37,411 bases of DNA from a virus. This document shows positions 9,606 to 16,290 of the stretch, piece by piece; the first letter of the stretch is position 1, and each line of letters opens with the position of its first letter. Under the pieces are notes generated by a model that was given only the letters and a program-made list of their open reading frames with translations, was not told the DNA's origin and did not search any database. The stretch spans positions 1 to 37,411 of IMG/VR virus record IMGVR_UViG_3300002301_000006. The stretch is one strand, 5' to 3'. Position numbers and translations under genes: made by a program.

Positions 9606-9666
9606 AAACTATTAGAATGGTCAATCCTATCTGCTAGTTCTTTTACCTAATCTAATGACCGAGATA

Positions 9667-9700
9667 TAGGGTGTCACTGTCCACGCCGCGATTGCCATAA
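9667..9700 (-). repeat. Box copy 2 of a ~33-nt direct repeat flanking ORF 9709..9909
   Basis: The minus-strand reading is TTATGGCAATCGCGGCGTGGACAGTGACACCCTA. It matches 24 of the first 32 positions of the copy at 9928-9962. Confidence 0.7.
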
Positions 9701-9708
9701 CTCATTGT

Positions 9709-9909
9709 TTATGCTTTCTTTAACTCTACATTCGCACGTAATAATATTTTATTTCTATCATCAGCATGATCGACAGCCCACGTCACGTGTAAAACTTCAT
9801 ACGTAATATTTTTTATATTTATAAACTCTCCTTGTCGCGGAGCTATATCATCTTTCAATGAAGCGATAAATTTATCAGAAGATTCAATATAAAATTCTAT
9901 CTTAGCCAT
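9709..9909 (-). CDS. Hypothetical protein (66 aa) flanked by the direct-repeat boxes
   Basis: GAGGGA lies upstream of the ATG. It is the only clean ORF between the tRNA and the G+C-rich block. Confidence 0.55.
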   Translation of the reverse strand: MAKIEFYIESSDKFIASLKDDIAPRQGEFINIKNITYEVLHVTWAVDHADDRNKILLRANVELKKA

Positions 9910-9927
9910 TTATAATCCCTCAATTTA

Positions 9928-9962
9928 CGCGTGCGTCGCTGTCCGCACCGCTACTACCATAA
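9928..9962 (-). repeat. Box copy 1 of the ~33-nt direct repeat
   Basis: The minus-strand reading is TTATGGTAGTAGCGGTGCGGACAGCGACGCACGCG, containing the stem GTGCG/CGCAC around the loop GACAGCGA. Confidence 0.7.
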
Positions 9963-10084
9963 TCTTTTAGAGATCGGCCAGTGTGTATGTGCTGGCATTT
10001 CCAACTTTCAGGGAAGGAGTCTTAACATTTAGACGACGATCTCCTCCGAGTGCAGCAATATCATTGCTACTGCTCGACACTCTT

Positions 10085-10156
10085 TCAGAGGCGCAAGAAT
10101 CGAACTTGCGATCTCTTGGTTCCAAGCCAAGCGCGATACCACTTCGCTAGCCTCTG
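10085..10156 (-). tRNA. tRNA-Pro, anticodon UGG, 72 nt, no encoded CCA
   Basis: Hand-folded cloverleaf: CAGAGGC TA GCGA AGTGGTA TCGC G CTTGG CTTGGAA CCAAG AGATC GCAAG TTCGATT CTTGC GCCTCTG A. C1-G72 and A73 fit bacterial tRNA-Pro. Confidence 0.9.
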
Positions 10157-10157
10157 T

Positions 10158-10268
10158 TTAAAAACATATCAGAAATATTTTTAATAAATATAGTATCGCC
10201 ATTCCACTTGCAAAAACTGCAACAAAACACACTAGAAATATCGCTAATAAGTTCGCCAATAATTCCAT
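10158..10268 (-). CDS. Possible 36-aa single-pass membrane peptide
   Basis: ATG 10268 with AGGTGA upstream, MELLANLLAIFLVCFVAVFASGMAILYLL.... The longer track ORF overlaps the lipoprotein gene. Confidence 0.35.
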   Translation of the reverse strand: MELLANLLAIFLVCFVAVFASGMAILYLLKIFLICF

Positions 10269-10317
10269 GAGTAAATCACCTATATTCAGACTTTGTATCC
10301 ACAAAAAAAAATACTCA

Positions 10318-10662
10318 TCAATTAACAATCTCAATTTTATCAACAAATACATTATCTGACTCGCACCGCCAAGGCGCTGTTATGCTTTCCACATGATAAT
10401 AGATATGTACTTGTTTATTGTCATTCATGGCTTTTTGCGCTATTTCAAAAATATCATCTCTTTCAATTGTAAAATGAAAAGATTTTCCTATGGAGCCTGA
10501 GCCGTCATTCATGCCGCCACGAATTAATTCACCTTCGTGAGTTTTCCACCAAAAACCCTCATTGGCTATTTTGACTAGCGTACCTATTTTTTCGCCTTTT
10601 GCTTTCTCCCAGCAACCACCCATTAAAAATGAGATACAAATTAAAGCTATTGTTTTTTTCAT
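10318..10662 (-). CDS. Lipoprotein (114 aa)
   Basis: Signal peptide with a lipobox, MKKTIALICISFLMGGC. Confidence 0.7.
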   Translation of the reverse strand: MKKTIALICISFLMGGCWEKAKGEKIGTLVKIANEGFWWKTHEGELIRGGMNDGSGSIGKSFHFTIERDDIFEIAQKAMNDNKQVHIYYHVESITAPWRCESDNVFVDKIEIVN

Positions 10663-10736
10663 TTATTTTGCCTTTACATTTTTCATGTTGCAAATAATAA
10701 TGATAACAATAATAAATGTAAAGAGGTAAAATAACA

Positions 10737-10904
10737 ATGACTAAAAATATTTGCTGTGTCTTCGACTGTGATCGACCCGTCAGGGTTAAATCGCATCAGT
10801 TGTGTTCTCCTCACTATTTGCGATATTACCGGACCGGAAAAGTGGGGAGTGCGCCGATTAGAGTTTTAAATAAATTAATGCCATATAAAAAGGAAAAAAA
10901 ATGA
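10737..10904 (+). CDS. 55-aa Cys/His protein resembling only the N-terminal zinc module of HNH/Endo VII-type endonucleases, possibly a remnant
   Basis: Not in the track. MTKNICCVFDCDRPVRVKSHQLCSPHYLRYYRTGKVG... parallels CKIEGCIKKRYSRNSTCGMHKTRYERYG in the 29818..30408 protein. AAGAGG RBS; its TGA overlaps the next ATG. Confidence 0.45.
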   Translation: MTKNICCVFDCDRPVRVKSHQLCSPHYLRYYRTGKVGSAPIRVLNKLMPYKKEKK

Positions 10905-11104
10905 AACTATTGGAAATCATCCAAGATTCGACAAGCTTAGATAATTTTATCAGGATTAAGCGCTCTCAGTGGAATTTTTTTTTAGTGAAGCCTGCTTTTA
11001 TTATTGACCCTCTGATTAAATTAGATATTCATTCCATTGAAATGGGTAAATACACTCTAACATTTAATGATTTGATTGCTAACGATTGGGAAATAATGGA
11101 ATGA
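10901..11104 (+). CDS. Hypothetical protein (67 aa)
   Basis: ATGA coupling to the upstream ORF. Confidence 0.55.
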   Translation: MKLLEIIQDSTSLDNFIRIKRSQWNFFLVKPAFIIDPLIKLDIHSIEMGKYTLTFNDLIANDWEIME

Positions 11105-11105
11105 A

Positions 11106-11154
11106 AAGTGTAGAGTAGTGAGTGGAGGTAACTTCTATGCCTAAAACCACTCAC
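11106..11154 (+). repeat. Box-plus-hairpin element, left copy
   Basis: AAGTGTAGAGTAGTG is followed by the stem GTGAGTGG (11118-11125) / CCACTCAC (11147-11154). The loop holds the GGAGG RBS and ATG 11137. Confidence 0.5.
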
Positions 11155-11334
11155 AAACGCGAACGCAAAGATGCAGAACGGATTGAACCTAGCCCACGCA
11201 GTCAGCGGTTCTTTCAGGACGCACAGAAAGACCAAGGCGTGACGCAAAGCGTCAAGGTAGAGGTTAATATGCGCGAAACTGAAAGCTGCAGCTCGGGATG
11301 TTTTCGGGGCTTGAAAGGGATGTTTAAAAAATAA
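11137..11334 (+). CDS. Small basic protein (65 aa) in a locally G+C-rich segment
   Basis: GGAGG lies 8 nt upstream of ATG 11137. MPKTTHKRERKDAERIEPSPRSQRF.... Confidence 0.5.
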   Translation: MPKTTHKRERKDAERIEPSPRSQRFFQDAQKDQGVTQSVKVEVNMRETESCSSGCFRGLKGMFKK

Positions 11335-11368
11335 AATAGAATGTCTTGTTATTGAATAATAAGGATTT

Positions 11369-11412
11369 AAGTGTAGGATAGTGGGGTAGTTCGAGCTACC
11401 CACACTCACTCG
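11369..11412 (+). repeat. Box-plus-hairpin element, right copy
   Basis: AAGTGTAGGATAGTG is followed by the stem GTGGGGTAG / CTACCCAC with loop TTCGAG, then ACTCACTCG. It lies 24 nt upstream of ATG 11436. Confidence 0.5.
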
Positions 11413-11435
11413 TAATAGTTAACTGGACATTAACC

Positions 11436-11624
11436 ATGGCAAATCATAACAGACGAAACAAAACATCTCAACCTAGTATCAATAATTCGCGCAAATTAAA
11501 AAAGGTAGTAGAAATGACACAATGCGAATTGTGGAATGAACTATTATCTCACGCACGCCCCCGCAACAGAGATAGACTTAAAACCCACCTGAAATCGTGG
11601 ATAAAAACCTTTATAGGAAATTAA
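11436..11624 (+). CDS. Hypothetical basic protein (62 aa)
   Basis: ORF directly downstream of the right box-hairpin element. Confidence 0.5.
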   Translation: MANHNRRNKTSQPSINNSRKLKKVVEMTQCELWNELLSHARPRNRDRLKTHLKSWIKTFIGN

Positions 11625-11652
11625 ATCAATAGTTTTACACGGAGTATTATTT

Positions 11653-12882
11653 ATGACACAAATTGCTAAATCAGATAGCGTCAAAGTCGTTCAACATTAT
11701 TTAGATTATCCAGAAGTAATCCAGCAAAAAACTAATATAAAGGTATTGGATACTTTTATAAATTTACAGTGGTTACTAAAGCATTTCGAAGCAAAAGTAC
11801 GTTATAACTTGATGACAAGACGCAGGGAGATAACGCTCCCCGCTTATCCTATTTTTACAGATGACTCTGAAAATGACTCTCTTTCTACTATTCATTATAT
11901 TGCGACTAATAATGGAATGCCAGTCAATAATCTAGATATGCACCTCGATAAAATAGCCGCTATTTATCCTTACCACCCTATTGTTGACTGCATTAAAGTT
12001 AAAATTTGGGATGGCATACCTCGTTTAGATAAATTTATTGCGACAATCAAAACAAAGGATATGATTTTATCTCATAAAATTATTAAAACATGGATGATTG
12101 CAGCGATAGCTGCGGCATTTAGCCAAACTGGTTTCATCAATCAAGGTGTATTAGTTTTGCAGGGAAAACAAAACATCGGCAAAACAAGATGGGTGAAATC
12201 GCTTGAGCCTGGAAATTTTAACGCTGTCAAAGAAGGCGCGATTCTTGATCCTGCCAACAAAGATAATGTCATTCTTCTTGCTAGGCATTGGATTATTGAG
12301 CTAGGCGAGTTAGATGCTACTTTTAGAAAGGCAGATATCGCGCGCCTTAAAAGCTTCATCACCATGCAAGCTGATGACGTTCGATTTCCTTACGCTAAAA
12401 AAGAAACACACCTAGTCAGACGCTCCGCTTATATCGCAACCGTGAACGAGCAAAATTTTTTAGCAGATGAAACAGGCAATCGGCGCTGGTGGGTGATTCC
12501 CGTCGAAGCGATTGAAATTGATCAAAAGTTTGACATGCAGCAGGTATGGGCGGAAGCCCAAGTCGAATGGGCGCTCGGCGGATTGACTTATCTATCGTCT
12601 GAAATTCAAGCGTCGGTGAATGAGTCTAATCAAGATTACGAGAAGGTTGACCCCTTGAAAGAGAAATTGTTGACCTATTACGACTGGGAGCATCCTGCTC
12701 GAAAATCACTCACCGCTAGCGCCATTCTGGAGGAAATCGGCTATCGACAACCTACCCGAGCAGACGCAAGCAGGGTGGGGAATATCCTAAAAGAAATTAA
12801 TGGAAAAGACGGTCGAAAAAGTAACGGCTGCAAAGTTCATGAAGTACCCACTTGCATCAATTTATACAACAAAACAGGGTAA
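11653..12882 (+). CDS. VirE-family (virulence-associated protein E-like) P-loop primase/helicase-type replication protein
   Basis: Walker A LQGKQNIGKTRW, Walker B WIIELGELD, and the family-typical block YIATVNEQNFLADETGNRRWWVIPV. The stop codon lies inside the first iteron palindrome. Confidence 0.8.
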   Translation: MTQIAKSDSVKVVQHYLDYPEVIQQKTNIKVLDTFINLQWLLKHFEAKVRYNLMTRRREITLPAYPIFTDDSENDSLSTIHYIATNNGMPVNNLDMHLDKIAAIYPYHPIVDCIKVKIWDGIPRLDKFIATIKTKDMILSHKIIKTWMIAAIAAAFSQTGFINQGVLVLQGKQNIGKTRWVKSLEPGNFNAVKEGAILDPANKDNVILLARHWIIELGELDATFRKADIARLKSFITMQADDVRFPYAKKETHLVRRSAYIATVNEQNFLADETGNRRWWVIPVEAIEIDQKFDMQQVWAEAQVEWALGGLTYLSSEIQASVNESNQDYEKVDPLKEKLLTYYDWEHPARKSLTASAILEEIGYRQPTRADASRVGNILKEINGKDGRKSNGCKVHEVPTCINLYNKTG

Positions 12883-13198
12883 CCTAGGTTACCCTGTAGG
12901 GTAACCTATTTTTAAGTGGGTTACCCTGTCTTTTATCAATGGCCACGGGGGTTTTCAGGCATACAGGGTAACCAGGGTAACCTAATCATTATATAAATAT
13001 AAATAAATTTACTTTTACCAAACGTATGGGAAATGGTTACCCTGGTTACCCTGGTTACCCTGTTTTTGGATAAAATAGAACATTTCACAATCAATATAAT
13101 TAAAAATGAAAAAATAATGTATATGACAGGGTAACCTGGTTACCCTGTAGAATAGTACAATAGTAGATCAAAATAGGATTTTAGCTGGATGTTACCCT
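12875..13198. repeat. Iteron array (putative replication origin) of 11 copies of GGTTACCCTG/CAGGGTAACC plus one partial copy
   Basis: CAGGGTAACC at 12875, 12897 (TAGGGTAACC), 12964, 12973 and 13127. GGTTACCCTG at 12887, 12919, 13035, 13044, 13053 and 13138. Partial GTTACCCT at 13191. AT-rich tracts lie between the clusters. Confidence 0.75.
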
Positions 13199-13221
13199 CC
13201 TTGACGGAAAATGAGGATTTT

Positions 13222-13512
13222 ATGAAAAAAACTTACCCTTCTTTGAACATTCCAAAGCGCCACACTTTGCGTCACTACATGACCGTGGTTGGTCAACTTT
13301 ATGGCGAGCCAAAAGAAACCCTGGACGAATATATTACAGAACAGGTAGAAGCCTCCGAGGATAACCTTGACGGGGCGATTGATTGTTTCAAGTCTCTCAT
13401 TACCCCCGAGCATGAAACGAAGCTCAGACGCGAAAAACAGGCTAAAGAATTGGAAGACTGGCCGCCTTTTGGGAAGCAAAAGCGGAAGTTAGACGGAAAA
13501 GATGGTATTTAG
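13222..13512 (+). CDS. Hypothetical protein (96 aa from ATG 13222; the track ORF starts at 13189 inside the last iteron)
   Basis: GAGGA lies upstream of ATG 13222. Confidence 0.55.
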   Translation: MKKTYPSLNIPKRHTLRHYMTVVGQLYGEPKETLDEYITEQVEASEDNLDGAIDCFKSLITPEHETKLRREKQAKELEDWPPFGKQKRKLDGKDGI

Positions 13513-13581
13513 GAGCCGGCGTGTTTATAATTTATACATATAGTAACCGGTTAGTGATCATTAAGTAATCAGAGAGGATGA

Positions 13582-13908
13582 ATGACGAAGTTTCCGCGTA
13601 GAATCGATGAAAACCAAACAGAAATTGTACAGTATCTTAGAAAGCTCGGGGCGAAGGTATTAATTTTAAGCGCGGTCGGAAATGGCTGCCCGGATTTGCT
13701 TGTATCGATTCGCAGGCAGCACCTTCGAAAACATGCTTGGATGGGGCTAATTGAGATTAAAAGCGATGCTCAGCCGCCCAGCAAGCAGCGATTAACGCCG
13801 CATGAGCAGAAATTTTTTGATGATTGGGAAGGTTGTCCGGTCTTTATCGTGAAATGTTTGGCTGACATTGATAAGCTTTTCGATAGAGTGCTTAATTTAG
13901 AAGCATGA
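13582..13908 (+). CDS. VRR-NUC / PD-(D/E)xK-type nuclease (108 aa)
   Basis: GCPDLL ... GLIEIK matches the D...E-x-K catalytic pattern of VRR-NUC domains. The size is typical. Confidence 0.65.
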   Translation: MTKFPRRIDENQTEIVQYLRKLGAKVLILSAVGNGCPDLLVSIRRQHLRKHAWMGLIEIKSDAQPPSKQRLTPHEQKFFDDWEGCPVFIVKCLADIDKLFDRVLNLEA

Positions 13909-13938
13909 TTGTTCTATGTGAAACCTTGGAGAAAGCCA

Positions 13939-14364
13939 ATGATGCCAGACGTGCGCGCCAAGATGATCGACAGGGTTGAAAAAAACGAGGGATTCAGGGC
14001 TTTTCCTTATATCGACTCTAGAGGCAATTTAAGCGTCGCCTTTGGACGAAATCTAAAAGGGGTGGCGATGAGTATAGCGGAGGGGCAATATCTCCTCAGC
14101 AACGATATTCAGCGGGCAGAAACCGAAGCCTATAAACAATTCCCTGATTATAATGCTCTGAATGACCCTAGAAAGTCCGTCATTGTTGAAATGGTGTACA
14201 ATATGGGCTTGGAAAAGGTTTTAAACTTTAAAGAAATGATTGCCGCTATCGCAGCTAATGATTTTGCAGAAGCTGCGAAACAAATGCTCAATTCAGCATG
14301 GGCGGTCGAAGTCGGTAAGCGAGCTGATGAGCTAGCTATGATCATGCAATCAGGCGTTATCTGA
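13939..14364 (+). CDS. Endolysin, T4-type lysozyme (GH24-like)
   Basis: NEGFRAFPYIDSRGNLSVAFGRNL matches the E..(x)..D..G..T/S.G.G lysozyme core. GGAG lies upstream of ATG 13939, while the track ORF uses TTG at 13909. Confidence 0.8.
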   Translation: MMPDVRAKMIDRVEKNEGFRAFPYIDSRGNLSVAFGRNLKGVAMSIAEGQYLLSNDIQRAETEAYKQFPDYNALNDPRKSVIVEMVYNMGLEKVLNFKEMIAAIAANDFAEAAKQMLNSAWAVEVGKRADELAMIMQSGVI

Positions 14365-14562
14365 TTTTAGCGAGTCATAGCCATCGATCAAATGTCCGTG
14401 CTGAAATGCTGGGTTCTTAATCCATGCAGAGATGTATCGCTCCTCTACGCCTGCTACAGTGCAGTCAATCCACGGCCAGGTTTCTTGTTTGTGATAATCG
14501 TAATCCCATAGTTTCGGCATTTTATTTTGCTTTGGGAGGGGTAAGTAGGCTTTGCGAACCAT
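14350..14562 (-). CDS. Hypothetical early protein (70 aa)
   Basis: Last gene of the minus-strand array 18172 to 14350. It overlaps the convergent lysozyme gene by 15 nt and has a TAATG junction upstream. Confidence 0.6.
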   Translation of the reverse strand: MVRKAYLPLPKQNKMPKLWDYDYHKQETWPWIDCTVAGVEERYISAWIKNPAFQHGHLIDGYDSLKSDNA

Positions 14563-14747
14563 TATTTTGTTTCTCCTAATTGATGTAAAAGCTCCGTGGC
14601 ATCACACGCTAAACACGAGTCGCAGCAGAGACAGCAGCTATTGTTTGCCGCGCGTTTGACGATTTTGATTAGTTCTCGATATTTTTTTCGTAGATTAAGA
14701 AAATCCACTATAAAAGAATCTTCTAAATTTTCCTCTACTTTAGACAT
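14562..14747 (-). CDS. Cysteine-rich small protein (61 aa)
   Basis: ATG 14747 with GGAG upstream (the track extends to 14804). Contains the cluster CCLCCDSCLAC. Confidence 0.55.
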   Translation of the reverse strand: MSKVEENLEDSFIVDFLNLRKKYRELIKIVKRAANNSCCLCCDSCLACDATELLHQLGETK

Positions 14748-14817
14748 TTTCCCGCTCCCCACAAAATGAATGCGAATACTGCAATTGATATTAAGATGCT
14801 GCATGTGATTGTTAGCA

Positions 14818-15066
14818 TTAGATGTATTCCTCTATGATTTGTACAATTTCCATTTCAACATCCATATATCGAGCAATTCGGCCTTTTTTAAATGGTTCAG
14901 GAATAAAGCCTACCTCTGTGACCGTATAGGGGATATTCATTAATGACTCAGCTTCTTTAAGTAATTCTTTATGTTCAGCTCCCGTTAATCGATACACGGG
15001 AATTTCATAGCCAGCATTAGCATAAGCGTGAATGTGATTTTGAATTTTTTCGGTGATTGTTAGCAT
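14818..15066 (-). CDS. Hypothetical early protein (82 aa)
   Basis: Member of the same-strand, closely packed early array. Confidence 0.6.
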   Translation of the reverse strand: MLTITEKIQNHIHAYANAGYEIPVYRLTGAEHKELLKEAESLMNIPYTVTEVGFIPEPFKKGRIARYMDVEMEIVQIIEEYI

Positions 15067-15254
15067 ATCACATCCTCTATAGATTTTTTTATTGTGTCAT
15101 AAAGTTCCGTAGCTTCTTCATCAGTGTCGCAGTGATGAATAATATTTCTGTCGCAATTTCCTTCGATGATAATGTGGCTGCCTGTTAATTTTATTGAGAA
15201 AACATTTTCTAAATTTATTAGTGCGTTGCTAAAATCTAATATTATTTTTTTCAT
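15060..15254 (-). CDS. Hypothetical early protein (64 aa from ATG 15254)
   Basis: TAATG stop/start junction with the upstream gene. The track ORF 15060..15317 extends through that gene. Confidence 0.55.
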   Translation of the reverse strand: MKKIILDFSNALINLENVFSIKLTGSHIIIEGNCDRNIIHHCDTDEEATELYDTIKKSIEDVIC

Positions 15255-15469
15255 TAATCCATGCCTCGATGATCTTTTCCTTTTCTGGTAATGCCAGTGC
15301 CATTGCACTGTTCGCATGATAGCTCAATACCATTATATGTCCTTCTTCCATATCCATAACATAACTTGCATTCATTAACTTTCCGCTCGATGCGCTCAAT
15401 AGCTTTTAACATTTTTTCTAACATCAGCATCATAAATTTACTGAAGTTTTCGGCTAATTCTTTGCTCAT
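15254..15469 (-). CDS. Small protein with a DnaJ-type zinc-finger signature (71 aa)
   Basis: Two CxxCxGxG repeats: CKLCYGYG and CEQCNGTG. Confidence 0.6.
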   Translation of the reverse strand: MSKELAENFSKFMMLMLEKMLKAIERIERKVNECKLCYGYGRRTYNGIELSCEQCNGTGITRKGKDHRGMD

Positions 15470-15473
15470 TAGT

Positions 15474-15746
15474 TCATTCCTCGAGATTACTGTCTTCTTT
15501 TTTTAAATCTGGTACTGCTGCCCAATGGGTGATATTCCGAACTGGAATAGTGACAAATACTGGGCTATCTGCGCAGGGCAAGCTGCAAATGAAAGCTTTT
15601 TTATCAGTAGTAAGATGCCCCATTGCGACGCCCCAATTTTTAATATTAATTAAAATATGTATAATGGAAGGTGGCTCAATAGCTATTTCAAACCATGTCC
15701 ATTTGTTATATTTTCCTTCTTTAAATATTTCATAGGCTAAACTCAT
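15474..15746 (-). CDS. Hypothetical early protein (90 aa)
   Basis: Early array member with a shared junction at 15746. Confidence 0.6.
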   Translation of the reverse strand: MSLAYEIFKEGKYNKWTWFEIAIEPPSIIHILINIKNWGVAMGHLTTDKKAFICSLPCADSPVFVTIPVRNITHWAAVPDLKKEDSNLEE

Positions 15747-15976
15747 TAATCCATCCCCTTATGATTAGAATTGTGCTTTTTTAACTTGTCACGTGATTTG
15801 TCGATTGCTTCGCATTTTCTGTCATAATCTTGATTGACTTGAAACATCGTTTCACGCGCTAAACGATAAATGCGCAAAGCTTCGAGCTTCCGTTTCATCA
15901 GTTTAAGCTTTTCTTCGTCACACTCGGAATCGCTTAGTTTTGTGTAGTCGGGTAGATTGTGTCTGACATGGCTCAT
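15746..15976 (-). CDS. Hypothetical early protein (76 aa)
   Basis: Early array member with shared junctions at both ends. Confidence 0.6.
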   Translation of the reverse strand: MSHVRHNLPDYTKLSDSECDEEKLKLMKRKLEALRIYRLARETMFQVNQDYDRKCEAIDKSRDKLKKHNSNHKGMD

Positions 15977-16290
15977 TAATATTCCCTCAGATTATTAGAG
16001 ATATGCAATATTTGCGTGCAAGCATTTAAAATACGCGGCGAAAGAATCGGATGTCTTATTTCTTCGTACTTTTTTAACAGCCATTTACTAATATCTAAGC
16101 ATAATTCATAAGTTAAAATATCTTTTTTATCCCCGATAAGATCATTAATGTATCGATGATTAGTCGCTAAACAAACTAAATCTATTTCTATATACTGAAT
16201 AGGTGTTGGTTCTGCTGGGGGATATTTTGCCAGATGCGCTGACAGAATAGATAAAATAGGGAATCTTACTAAATTAGGGGTTTTAGTCAT
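15976..16290 (-). CDS. Hypothetical early protein (104 aa)
   Basis: Early array member with a 4-nt overlap upstream. Confidence 0.6.
   Translation of the reverse strand: MTKTPNLVRFPILSILSAHLAKYPPAEPTPIQYIEIDLVCLATNHRYINDLIGDKKDILTYELCLDISKWLLKKYEEIRHPILSPRILNACTQILHISNNLREY

Noticed and set aside
9341-9705. Known RNA classes: cobalamin riboswitch (GGTGCAATTCCGG, GCCACTC), T-box (GGGTGG...GGTACC), hammerhead (GUGAUGAAAG), group I or II intron, tmRNA
   Set aside because: Each resemblance is a single short string in the wrong order or context. No second conserved element of any of these classes is present, no flanking gene is interrupted, and there are no tRNA-like ends.
10085-10156. tRNA as an attP/integration core of a temperate phage
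   Set aside because: The tRNA is complete rather than a 3' fragment. No tyrosine or serine recombinase ORF exists in any frame of the window.
11106-11412. Retron msr/msd or a MITE
   Set aside because: No reverse transcriptase, no terminal inverted repeats with target duplications, and the flanking elements are direct rather than inverted copies. It is reported only as repeated box-hairpins.
12875-13198. CRISPR array
   Set aside because: The repeats are only 10 bp, occur in both orientations with irregular or zero spacing, and there are no cas genes. The pattern fits iterons.
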